DNA of 64,000 nucleotides from Acidobacteriota bacterium (GTDB lineage Bacteria > Acidobacteriota > Terriglobia > Acidiferrales > UBA7541). Within the stretch, counting starts at the first letter, position 1. Every line of letters starts with the position of its first letter. Shown one piece after another: positions 28,301 through 36,598 of this stretch. Under the pieces are notes generated by a model that was given only the letters and a program-made list of their open reading frames with translations, was not told the DNA's origin and searched no databases. The stretch is from the NCBI GenBank assembly GCA_013286465.1, contig JABDFR010000007.1, positions 2,836-66,835 on the forward strand. The letters are read 5' to 3'. Both the position numbers and the translations under genes were made by a program.

Positions 28301-29212
28301 TTGGACTCGCATTTTGCGGAGGCTCTGTTGGAAGGCGTCATTCGATCGTTCCTGAGTTACCTGCGCGTGGAGAAAGGCGTCTCCATGAACACGCACGACG
28401 CCTATCGCCGCGACGTTGAAAAATTTCAGGAATTCGCCGCCAAGAAACACCTCCGCCTGGAACAAGCCACGCGCGAGACCATCGTCGATTTTCTGCGCTC
28501 GCTCTACCAACGCAAACTCGAGAGCCGCTCGGTGGCCCGCAATCTGGTCACCCTTCGCCAGTTTTTCCGCTTCGCATTGATCGAAGGCATCGTGACGGAA
28601 GATCCCACCGAAACCGTGGAATCGCCGCGCTTTCGTATGGGGTTGCCGCGTTTCCTCAGCGTCGAGGAAGTAGATCGCCTGCTCGCGGCGCCCGATGTCG
28701 GCACGGTCATCGGGCTGCGCGACAAAGCCATGATTGAAGTGATGTACTCCGCCGGCTTGCGCGTCTCCGAACTTTGCGGGCTGCGCCTCAGCGACTTTCA
28801 TTTTGATGCGGGCTACGTGCGCTGCATGGGCAAGGGCAGCAAAGAGCGCCTCGTTCCCATCGGCCGCCAGGCGATGGATATCGTGCAGCGCTATCTTCGC
28901 GATTCGCGGCCCAAGCTTCTGCGCGAAAATTCACCGGAACTTTTGTTCTTGAATCGGCATGGCGGCGCATGCTCGCGGCACGGCTTCTGGAAGACCGTTT
29001 CAGATTTCGGTCGCAAAGCCGGCCTGACCAAGCAGTTGAAACCGCATATGCTGCGTCACAGTTTTGCAACGCATCTTCTGGATCGCGGCGCCGATTTGCG
29101 CGCGGTGCAGATGATGCTCGGCCACACGGACATTGCCACGACACAGATTTACACGCACGTTGTGGAAGAACGGCTAAAGCAAGTTTATCGCGCGCATCAT
29201 CCGCGGGCGTAG
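28301..29212 (+). CDS. xerD: site-specific tyrosine recombinase XerD
   Basis: The R..HxxR..Y catalytic set is present (GLRVSEL, HMLRHSFATHLL, GHTDIATTQIYTHV), along with the XerD-type C-terminal HHPRA. Confidence 0.85.
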   Translation: MDSHFAEALLEGVIRSFLSYLRVEKGVSMNTHDAYRRDVEKFQEFAAKKHLRLEQATRETIVDFLRSLYQRKLESRSVARNLVTLRQFFRFALIEGIVTEDPTETVESPRFRMGLPRFLSVEEVDRLLAAPDVGTVIGLRDKAMIEVMYSAGLRVSELCGLRLSDFHFDAGYVRCMGKGSKERLVPIGRQAMDIVQRYLRDSRPKLLRENSPELLFLNRHGGACSRHGFWKTVSDFGRKAGLTKQLKPHMLRHSFATHLLDRGADLRAVQMMLGHTDIATTQIYTHVVEERLKQVYRAHHPRA

Positions 29213-29323
29213 TGGGTCGCGGACTTAGAAGGACACGGAAGCGAGGCGCTCGCGGGAATTGCATCGCGCGTGATTTCGCGCACAGGCCACGCAAGAAAAC
29301 GGGGCTCGTTGGGGGCCTAGCAG

Positions 29324-29339
29324 CGCAAATTTATTTGCG
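29324..29339. promoter_or_regulatory. 16-bp perfect palindrome CGCAAATTTATTTGCG (candidate operator)
   Basis: 7-bp inverted arms separated by 2 nt, 24 nt upstream of ATG 29363 and AT-rich relative to its surroundings. Confidence 0.25.
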
Positions 29340-29362
29340 AATTGGTGGAGGCGTAAGCAGAC

Positions 29363-30865
29363 ATGCCTGATTACATGTTTTTGTTGGAGAGCCGGTTATC
29401 GCCCGAGCAGCGCGCGGCACTCGTTCGCGTGCAGGAATTGGGGCGCGCGCAGGATTCAAACGTTTATCTCACCGGCGGTGCGGTGCGCGACCTGATTTCG
29501 GGAATGCCCATTCGCGATCTGGATTTCACCATCGAGGGGAATCCGCAACGCATCGTCCGCGAGCTGGAAAAAGGCGGCGCACGCATCATCTCCGAAGACG
29601 AAAAGCTTCGCCATTACGAAGTGGTCTTCGCCGGGGACGCCGACGGTTCCATATCCGCGGCCCGAGACGAAGTCTACGAGCGCCCCGGCGCCAAGCCGGA
29701 AATTCGCTGGTCCACGGTGATGGAAGATTTGCGCCGCCGCGATTTTTCCTTGAACGCCGTGGCCATCTCGCTCAATCCCGCCTCGCGCGGCCTGCTGCTC
29801 GATCCCACCAACGGCCTCGCCGATCTCGAAAAACGCGAAACTCGGTCGCTTTCGATCCACGCATTCACCAATCAGCCGATCCGTCTCATGCGCATTTTGC
29901 GCTATAGCGTGCGCATGGATTTCAAAATGGAGCAGCGCACCCAGGAATGGTTCGATCTCGCCATGGGGCGCAAGCTCCATGAGAATTTGGATCCAGCTCA
30001 GGTGGGACGCGAAGTCCTTTCGCTCGGCCGCGAAGACAATCCCGCCGGCGTGCTGAAGCAGTGGGAAACGCACGGGCTGATCGAAGCGATTCATCCGCAG
30101 TTGGCCCGCCGCCATCCGGACTACGACGGTTTCACGCGCCTCAGCCGCGCCCGCGAAAGTTTCCTCTCCGTCGGAATTCGCCCACGCTTGGTCTATTCGA
30201 CGATTTATTTTCTTTTGAAGAAACTGAAAGATCGGGAAGGCGCTGCGGCGCTGCGTCATTTGGAGCTTCCGGCAAAAATAATTGACACTTTCAATGGGCT
30301 CGTCCCGGAAACTGAAAAAGTCTTGAAGATTCTCAAGAACCGCAAGACCGACTCGGCCAAAGACGCCTACTTTTTCCTGGAGACGGTGCCCGTCGAACGC
30401 CTGGCCTTTTTGCAAGCAGAGTACGGCGATTCGAAAGCTGTAGCCAAAATCCGGAATTACTTGCAGAAGTGGCGTCCGCTGCGCTCGAGCATGCCGGTGG
30501 CAGAACTCGACTCGCTGGGTGTCCCGCGCGGCCCGAAATTCGACAATATCTTGGAAGACTTCTTTGAAGCTCAACTCAAAGGCAAAGGCCGCGACCCCAT
30601 CGAGCGCACCAAGATTTTGAAAAAGCTCGCCGGAATCAAGGACGAGCCGAAGAAGGAAGAAAAGAAAAAGCCTAAGAGCAAAGAAAAGGGCGAAGCGAAG
30701 GCCGCAGCGACGCCGGCAGCGCCGGTCGCTGAAGCCAAAACCGGTAAGTCGGCTCCTGCAAAGGCCGCGGAGCCAGCCGCGCATCCCGCGCCTGCGAAAA
30801 AGCCGGCCGCACATCACAAACCGGCAGGGAAGCCAGCGCCGAAAAAATCAAAAGCACGGCGTTGA
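29363..30865 (+). CDS. CCA-adding enzyme / poly(A) polymerase-family nucleotidyltransferase with Lys/Ala/Pro-rich C-terminal tail
   Basis: PolyA_pol head motif YLTGGAVRDLISGMPIRDLDF. The last ~75 residues are low complexity (KKEEKKKPKSKEKGEAKAAATPAAP...KKPAAHHKPAGKPAPKKSKARR). Confidence 0.75.
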   Translation: MPDYMFLLESRLSPEQRAALVRVQELGRAQDSNVYLTGGAVRDLISGMPIRDLDFTIEGNPQRIVRELEKGGARIISEDEKLRHYEVVFAGDADGSISAARDEVYERPGAKPEIRWSTVMEDLRRRDFSLNAVAISLNPASRGLLLDPTNGLADLEKRETRSLSIHAFTNQPIRLMRILRYSVRMDFKMEQRTQEWFDLAMGRKLHENLDPAQVGREVLSLGREDNPAGVLKQWETHGLIEAIHPQLARRHPDYDGFTRLSRARESFLSVGIRPRLVYSTIYFLLKKLKDREGAAALRHLELPAKIIDTFNGLVPETEKVLKILKNRKTDSAKDAYFFLETVPVERLAFLQAEYGDSKAVAKIRNYLQKWRPLRSSMPVAELDSLGVPRGPKFDNILEDFFEAQLKGKGRDPIERTKILKKLAGIKDEPKKEEKKKPKSKEKGEAKAAATPAAPVAEAKTGKSAPAKAAEPAAHPAPAKKPAAHHKPAGKPAPKKSKARR

Positions 30866-30950
30866 ACATGTCGTACGCATCCTTGTCGCGATTACCGACC
30901 AACGCGACGAATAGCGAAGTGTTGCACAGGGGTTTAGAATAGATTCCCGC

Positions 30951-33900
30951 ATGGCTCACTCGAACTTCGTACATCTTCATCTGCACACCGATTTCTCGCT
31001 GCTCGACGGGGCCTGCGATATCGGCGAACTCGTCGATGAAGCCTCGCGCCGCGGCATGCCCGCCGTCGCCGTCACCGATCACGGAAATCTTTTCGCCGCC
31101 GCTAATTTTTACCACGAGGCCACCACCCGCGGCGTGAAGCCCATCATCGGCTGCGAAGTTTATGTCGCCCCCGGCAGCCATAAAACGCGTGGCGCCGACG
31201 CCGAGCGCTCCAATCACCTCGTGCTCCTCTGCGAGAACGACGAAGGCTACCGCAATCTCATCAAGCTGGTCTCCACCGGTTATCTCGATGGATTCTATTA
31301 CAAGCCGCGCGTCGATCACGAGCTGCTCGCGAAACACAGCAAAGGGTTGATCGCCCTTTCGGCCTGCCTGCGCGGTGAAGTCACCGAAGCCGTCAGTGAA
31401 GGGAAGCTGGAAAAGGCTCGCGAATCCGCCTACCGTCTGCGCGATATTTTTGGGAAAGGCAATTTCTTCCTCGAAGTGCAGGACCAAGGCCTCGAGATCG
31501 AAAAAGGCGTGAATCGCGAGCTCGTGCAACTCTCACGAGAAACCGGAATCCCGCTCGTAGCCACTAACGATTGCCACTATTTGCAGCAGTCCGACGCCCG
31601 CGCTCAAGAAGTCCTGATGTGCATCCAGACCGGCAAGACCATGAGCGAACAGAACCGCATGAAGTTCGCCACCGACCAGTTTTATTTCAAGACCGCCGAA
31701 GAAATGCTGCAGGTATTTCGGGAAATTCCGGAAGCCGTAGAACGCACGGTAGCGATCGCCGAGCGCTGCCACGTGCGCATCGACCGCGTAACGAATTCGT
31801 TCCCGGAATTCCAAGTGCCCACCGGCCATACGGCCGAAAGTTATTTCGAAAAAGTCGCGCGCGAAGGCTTCGCGGACCGGCTGACGGTTCTTTCGCGACT
31901 TTCTACTGAAGGAAAATTACGCCAGCCGCTGGCCGTCTACGAAAAGCGCCTGATCGACGAAATCGAAATGATCAAGAAGATGCGCTTCGCCGGCTACTTC
32001 CTGATCGTCTGGGATTTCATCCATTACGCGCGCTCGCTGGGGATTCCAGTAGGCCCAGGACGCGGCTCAGCCGCCGGCAGCCTGGTCAGCTACGCGCTGC
32101 GAATCACCGACGTCGATCCGCTGCAATACGATCTGTTCTTCGAGCGCTTCCTCAATCCCGAGCGTATCTCGCTTCCTGATATCGATATCGATTTCTGCGT
32201 GCGCCGCCGTGGCGAAGTCATTGATTATGTTCGCAAGAAATACGGCGAGGGGAGCGTGGCGCAGATCATTACGTTCGGCACCATGGCGGCGAAGGCCTCG
32301 ATCAAAGATGTAGGCCGCGCGCTCGACATGCCCTACGGCGAAGTGGATCGTCTGGCAAAATTGATTCCCAGCCAGCTCAATATCACACTCGACAAAGCGC
32401 TCGCCGATACGCCGCAACTCGTACAAGCCCGCCGAGAAGACGAGCGCGTGAATGATCTGATCAGCGTCGCGTTGCGCCTCGAAGGGCTCGCACGTCATGC
32501 CTCGACGCACGCAGCTGGCGTAGTCATCTCGCCCCAACCGCTCACCGAAATCGTTCCGCTCTACAAGACCAACAAAGACGAAGTAACCACGCAATACGAT
32601 ATGAATGCCCTCGAGCGCATCGGTCTGCTCAAAATGGATTTCCTGGGCCTCACCACACTCACCGTCCTCGATGATTCTGTGAAGCTGATCAAAGAAAATC
32701 GCGGCATCGAAGTCGATCTGTCCACCTTGACTACCGACGATCCAGAAGTTTACAAACTCTTCGCCAGCGCCAACGTAACCGGCGTTTTCCAGTTTGAGTC
32801 GCATGGCATGCGCGACATTCTTCGCCGGTACCAACCCACGCGCCTGGAAGACCTGACCGCGCTAAACGCCCTCTACCGCCCCGGCCCAATCCAAGGCGGC
32901 ATGATTGATGAATTCATCGGCCGCAAGCACGGAACGAAAAAAGTCTCCTACGATTTACCCGAGCTGGAAGAAATTCTGTCCGAAACATGGGGCGTAATCC
33001 TCTATCAAGAACAAGTGATGCAGATCGCCAACCGCCTCGCGGGCTTCTCACTCGGTGAAGCCGACATCCTGCGTCGCGCCATGGGAAAAAAGAAAGCACA
33101 GGAAATGAGCGCGCAACGCGATAAATTCCTCGCCGGCTGCGCCACCCGCAAAGTAAACCTGAAAAAAGCCGAAAAGATTTTTGACCTAATGGAAGAATTC
33201 GCCGGCTATGGCTTCAACAAATCGCATTCCTGCGCCTACGCCATCGTCGCGTATCAAACCGCCTATCTGAAGGTCCACTATCCGGTGGAATTTATTTCCG
33301 CCATGCTGACCGCCGAAGCAGGCAACACCGAGAAAGTGGTGAAGTACATCGCCGAAGCCCGCAGCATGAGCATCACCGTCCTGCCGCCGGACATTCACGA
33401 AAGCTCGCTCTATTTCACCCCGGTCGGCGATCACATTCGCTTCGGTCTGGCGGCAATCAAAAATGTCGGCGAGAATACCGCGAAAGGAATCTGCGAAGCA
33501 CGCGAGAAGCGTGGAAAGTTCAGCGACCTCTTCGATTTCTGCGAAGCCCTCGATCCCGGGCTTCTCAATCGCCGCGTAATCGAAAGCCTCATCAAGTCCG
33601 GCGCCATGGATTCGCTACCCGGAAATCGCGCCAGCCACTGGGCCGATGTCGATAACGCCATGAAGCACGGTCAAAAGCTACATCGCGAAAAGACCAGCGG
33701 GCAAAGCGTCTTCTTTTCGACTTTTCCGACGACGCCGGCAGCATCCGCGTCTTCAGCATCCGAGCATCACGTTTCGGACATCGACGAATGGTCCGAGACC
33801 GAGCGCCTCGCCGGCGAATACGCCATGCTCGGCTTCTACATCTCCGGCCACCCTCTGGATAAATTCGCAGGCCGCCTGAAAGAATTGAACGCCGTAGAAA

Positions 33901-34424
33901 TTGGCTCGCTAGAAGGCCGCCGCAATGGAAGCGACGTGATCGTCGCAGGAATCATCGTACAGTCGCGGCCGATGCGCTCGAAAAAAGGCGCGCGCTGGGC
34001 TATCGCCACGCTGCAAGATCAAACCGGCGTAGTCGAAGCGTTAATTTTTCCCGAAGCCTTTCAACGCCTGGAGCCGATCCTGAAAGGCGGCTCGCCACTG
34101 CTCGTGAAAGGGCGCATCAACGTCGAAGAAGCCGGCACGCGCCTCGCGGTGGCCGAAGCCAAGCCCATCGAACAAATGGCGCAGCGTGCCCCCGCGTTGC
34201 TCTGCGTGCGCGTAGATCTAAAAGCCGCCGATCCGGACATGCTGAACGAACTCGATCAATTAATGGCCAGCCGCCCAGGCCGTTGCCGGGTAGAATTTGA
34301 TCTATTGAGCGACGACGGCACCGAAGCCAAGCTAGAATCCGCCCGCAGCGTGCAAGTCGATCCAGACCTGCTCGACCGCATCCGCGGAATCTGCGGCCCT
34401 GACGCCATCGTGATGCAAAAGTAG
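30951..34424 (+). CDS. dnaE: DNA polymerase III alpha subunit
   Basis: 1157 aa with a PHP domain (FVHLHLHTDFSLLDG), the palm/fingers block GPGRGSAAGSLVSYALRITDVDP and an OB fold near the C-terminus. Confidence 0.97.
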   Translation: MAHSNFVHLHLHTDFSLLDGACDIGELVDEASRRGMPAVAVTDHGNLFAAANFYHEATTRGVKPIIGCEVYVAPGSHKTRGADAERSNHLVLLCENDEGYRNLIKLVSTGYLDGFYYKPRVDHELLAKHSKGLIALSACLRGEVTEAVSEGKLEKARESAYRLRDIFGKGNFFLEVQDQGLEIEKGVNRELVQLSRETGIPLVATNDCHYLQQSDARAQEVLMCIQTGKTMSEQNRMKFATDQFYFKTAEEMLQVFREIPEAVERTVAIAERCHVRIDRVTNSFPEFQVPTGHTAESYFEKVAREGFADRLTVLSRLSTEGKLRQPLAVYEKRLIDEIEMIKKMRFAGYFLIVWDFIHYARSLGIPVGPGRGSAAGSLVSYALRITDVDPLQYDLFFERFLNPERISLPDIDIDFCVRRRGEVIDYVRKKYGEGSVAQIITFGTMAAKASIKDVGRALDMPYGEVDRLAKLIPSQLNITLDKALADTPQLVQARREDERVNDLISVALRLEGLARHASTHAAGVVISPQPLTEIVPLYKTNKDEVTTQYDMNALERIGLLKMDFLGLTTLTVLDDSVKLIKENRGIEVDLSTLTTDDPEVYKLFASANVTGVFQFESHGMRDILRRYQPTRLEDLTALNALYRPGPIQGGMIDEFIGRKHGTKKVSYDLPELEEILSETWGVILYQEQVMQIANRLAGFSLGEADILRRAMGKKKAQEMSAQRDKFLAGCATRKVNLKKAEKIFDLMEEFAGYGFNKSHSCAYAIVAYQTAYLKVHYPVEFISAMLTAEAGNTEKVVKYIAEARSMSITVLPPDIHESSLYFTPVGDHIRFGLAAIKNVGENTAKGICEAREKRGKFSDLFDFCEALDPGLLNRRVIESLIKSGAMDSLPGNRASHWADVDNAMKHGQKLHREKTSGQSVFFSTFPTTPAASASSASEHHVSDIDEWSETERLAGEYAMLGFYISGHPLDKFAGRLKELNAVEIGSLEGRRNGSDVIVAGIIVQSRPMRSKKGARWAIATLQDQTGVVEALIFPEAFQRLEPILKGGSPLLVKGRINVEEAGTRLAVAEAKPIEQMAQRAPALLCVRVDLKAADPDMLNELDQLMASRPGRCRVEFDLLSDDGTEAKLESARSVQVDPDLLDRIRGICGPDAIVMQK

Positions 34425-34429
34425 CGCCC

Positions 34430-35407
34430 ATGCTCAAGCGGCGAAAAGGCGAAATGGACGAAAAAGAAAAACGACGCCAAAAGGAAATCGACGCACTCGA
34501 GCGAGACGTCGAGGAACTGCTGCGTCTCTCTCCGAACGGCGACGATGCCGAAGAAGAAATCGAGCGCCTACGCCGTCAAGTAGCCGATCTAAAACACGAT
34601 TTCTATTCGCATCTAGGCGCCTGGCAACGCGTCCAACTGGCCCGCCATCCGCTGCGCCCTTACACTCTCGATTACGTCCGCATGCTCTTCGAAGGCTTCA
34701 GCGAAATTCACGGCGATCGCGCCTTCGCCGACGATCCCGCGCTAATCTGCGGGATGGCCTTCTATCACGGCGATCCCGTAATGATCATCGGCCAGCAAAA
34801 AGGCCGCGACACCAAGCAGCGCGTAGCCAGAAACTGGGGCCAAGCCAAACCCGAAGGCTACCGCAAAGCCCTACGCGTAATGCAACTGGCCGCGAAATTC
34901 AAGCGCCCAATCTTCACGTTTGTAGATACCCCCGGCGCATATCCAGGCGTAGGCGCCGAAGAACGCGGCCAAGCCGAAGCCATCGCCAAAAATCTACGCG
35001 AAATGGCCCGGCTCCCAGTTCCGATCCTGGTAACCATCACCGGCGAAGGCGGCTCGGGCGGCGCGCTAGCAATCGCCCTGGGTGATCGCATTCACATGCT
35101 GGAAAATTCCGTCTACTCGGTGATCTCTCCAGAAGGCTGCGCCTCCATCATGTGGCGCGATTCCACCAAAGCTGAAATAGCCGCCGAAGCCCTGCGCATC
35201 ACCGCAAACGATTTGCTCGAAATGAAATTGGTAGATGAGATCGTGCCCGAGCCAGAAGGCGGCGCGCATCTAGATCCCGAATCCACTGCCAAAACACTCG
35301 ATGGCGTGCTGCGCGCCTCGCTACGCAGCGTAGCCGATCTCCCGCCCGCAGATCTCCTAGCCAAGCGCTACGAAAAATTCCGCCGCATGGGCCAATTCTT
35401 CGCGTAA
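34430..35407 (+). CDS. accA: acetyl-CoA carboxylase carboxyltransferase alpha subunit
   Basis: ARHPLRPYTLDY, FVDTPGAYPG.GAEERGQAEAIA and GEGGSGGALA blocks. Confidence 0.93.
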   Translation: MLKRRKGEMDEKEKRRQKEIDALERDVEELLRLSPNGDDAEEEIERLRRQVADLKHDFYSHLGAWQRVQLARHPLRPYTLDYVRMLFEGFSEIHGDRAFADDPALICGMAFYHGDPVMIIGQQKGRDTKQRVARNWGQAKPEGYRKALRVMQLAAKFKRPIFTFVDTPGAYPGVGAEERGQAEAIAKNLREMARLPVPILVTITGEGGSGGALAIALGDRIHMLENSVYSVISPEGCASIMWRDSTKAEIAAEALRITANDLLEMKLVDEIVPEPEGGAHLDPESTAKTLDGVLRASLRSVADLPPADLLAKRYEKFRRMGQFFA

Positions 35408-35425
35408 AAGCGCGCAAGCGCACCC

Positions 35426-35459
35426 GTAGGGCCCGTGCTTTACGCCGGGCCTGTTCGCC
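35426..35459 (+). repeat. degenerate REP-A-like element
   Basis: GTAGGGCCCGTGCTTTACGCCGGGCCTGTTCGCC: GTAG plus an imperfect GGGCCCG/CGGGCC(T) hairpin and a TTCGCC tail. Confidence 0.35.
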
Positions 35460-35708
35460 GTACTGTAAATCCAAGCCAAGATCGCAAATCCCAGCAACCC
35501 AGCCGGAACGTGAGAGGTTCGCGCGCCCGATATTGGGCGTTCTTCCCGTGCCATGCGCCGGCCCTCGTCACGCGAGGTCGCTTCACTCGCTCGTCTCAAA
35601 TAAAGACTTAGCCATTGGAGCATTGGGCACGTCCGCCCCCGCAAAAGTTGCCACTCTCCCACCGCTCTCGTAACTTTACTGGCAGACGTTTCCGGGGAAA
35701 GGGCAACC

Positions 35709-36038
35709 ATGTCCGAGGTTTTTCGTCCGTTCGAGCGGCTGGTGGAAATTAATATCCTAGGCCGGACGTTCCTCGTCCCGGAAAAAAATTCCGTCCTGCG
35801 CTGCTTCCAATTCATCAGCCCGGACACCATCCCCTACGGCCGTTTCTGCTGGAATCAAGATTGCCAATACTGCCGCGTAAACTGCCAATTGCAGGACGAC
35901 GATCAAGCGAGGCCAATTCTAAGTTGCAAATTCATGGTCTCGGAGGGTATGAATATATCGGAGCTCGCGCCTGAGCTGGTGGGCTGCCTGCGCTCCAAGC
36001 TGGGGCAAGAGTTGAAGTCGGAAGAAGTTAAGCCGTAG
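35709..36038 (+). CDS. small Cys-rich protein, probable (2Fe-2S)-binding Fer2_4-like fold
   Basis: 109 aa. The pattern INILGRTFLVPEKNSVL...GRFCWNQDCQYCRV...ILSCKFMVSEGMNI has C-x4-C-x2-C plus a distal Cys, arranged as in the N-terminal 2Fe-2S domains of HcnA/SoxA-type proteins. Confidence 0.5.
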   Translation: MSEVFRPFERLVEINILGRTFLVPEKNSVLRCFQFISPDTIPYGRFCWNQDCQYCRVNCQLQDDDQARPILSCKFMVSEGMNISELAPELVGCLRSKLGQELKSEEVKP

Positions 36039-36136
36039 AAGCATCCGCGCCAGGCTCGACGGCGCGGCCCCTCCCTGCTTCTCTCCAATGTGATAGTATT
36101 TGACTTGAATCCTGCGAATTTGGGACGGAGATATTC

Positions 36137-36580
36137 ATGAAGACTCCGGCAAAGTTTCTAGTCGGCTCAGGAATCATCGTAGTCACGTTACTGTCGCTCG
36201 CCTACGTAGGCTTCACGCAGAGCAAGACCTACTATCACACGCTCTCGGAGATCGCCACGCTGCACGGCTCAGCGCTCGATCAACGCATGCGCATCGGCGG
36301 CGACGTGCAAGACGGCTCGATCCAGCACTTGCCGGGACACGTAGAATTCGTCCTAGTCGAGCAAGGAAGAACGCTGACGGTGAACTATGCCGGCCGCGAT
36401 CCTCTACCCGATACTTTTAAAGGCGGCGCTCAAGCACTCGTCGAGGGCCACCTGATGCCCGACGGCCGTTTCAACGCCGAGCAGGTGCAGGCGAAGTGCG
36501 CATCGAAATACGAAGCCGCGCCGACACAAACGGCTCCAGCCACCGGCGCGAAACAGACATATCCCAACAGTCAAAGCTGA
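36137..36580 (+). CDS. ccmE: cytochrome c maturation heme chaperone CcmE, Cys-type (CxxxY) variant
   Basis: N-terminal anchor and OB-fold core (RIGGDVQDGSI...FVLVEQGRTLTVNYAGRDPLPDTFKGGAQALVEG). The heme-binding motif reads AKCASKY where canonical CcmE has AKHDENY (Cys codon at 36497-36499). Confidence 0.9.
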   Translation: MKTPAKFLVGSGIIVVTLLSLAYVGFTQSKTYYHTLSEIATLHGSALDQRMRIGGDVQDGSIQHLPGHVEFVLVEQGRTLTVNYAGRDPLPDTFKGGAQALVEGHLMPDGRFNAEQVQAKCASKYEAAPTQTAPATGAKQTYPNSQS

Positions 36581-36598
36581 TCGAGGACTAACCCTTCA

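Noticed and set aside
28301-29212. The tyrosine recombinase, considered as the integrase of an integrated mobile element or genomic island.
   Set aside because: The sequence ends in the XerD-type HHPRA and has the XerC/D N-terminal domain. It is flanked by murJ and housekeeping genes, with no att-like repeats, phage genes or tRNA. It is a housekeeping dimer-resolution recombinase.
35620-35665. The GCCCCCGCAAAAGTTGCCACT segment, which resembles the B12-box region of cobalamin riboswitches.
   Set aside because: The upstream conserved core (AGGGAA...GGTG..AA..CC) is absent on both strands. The downstream genes are related to heme and Ccm, not to cobalamin. An Infernal scan would settle it.
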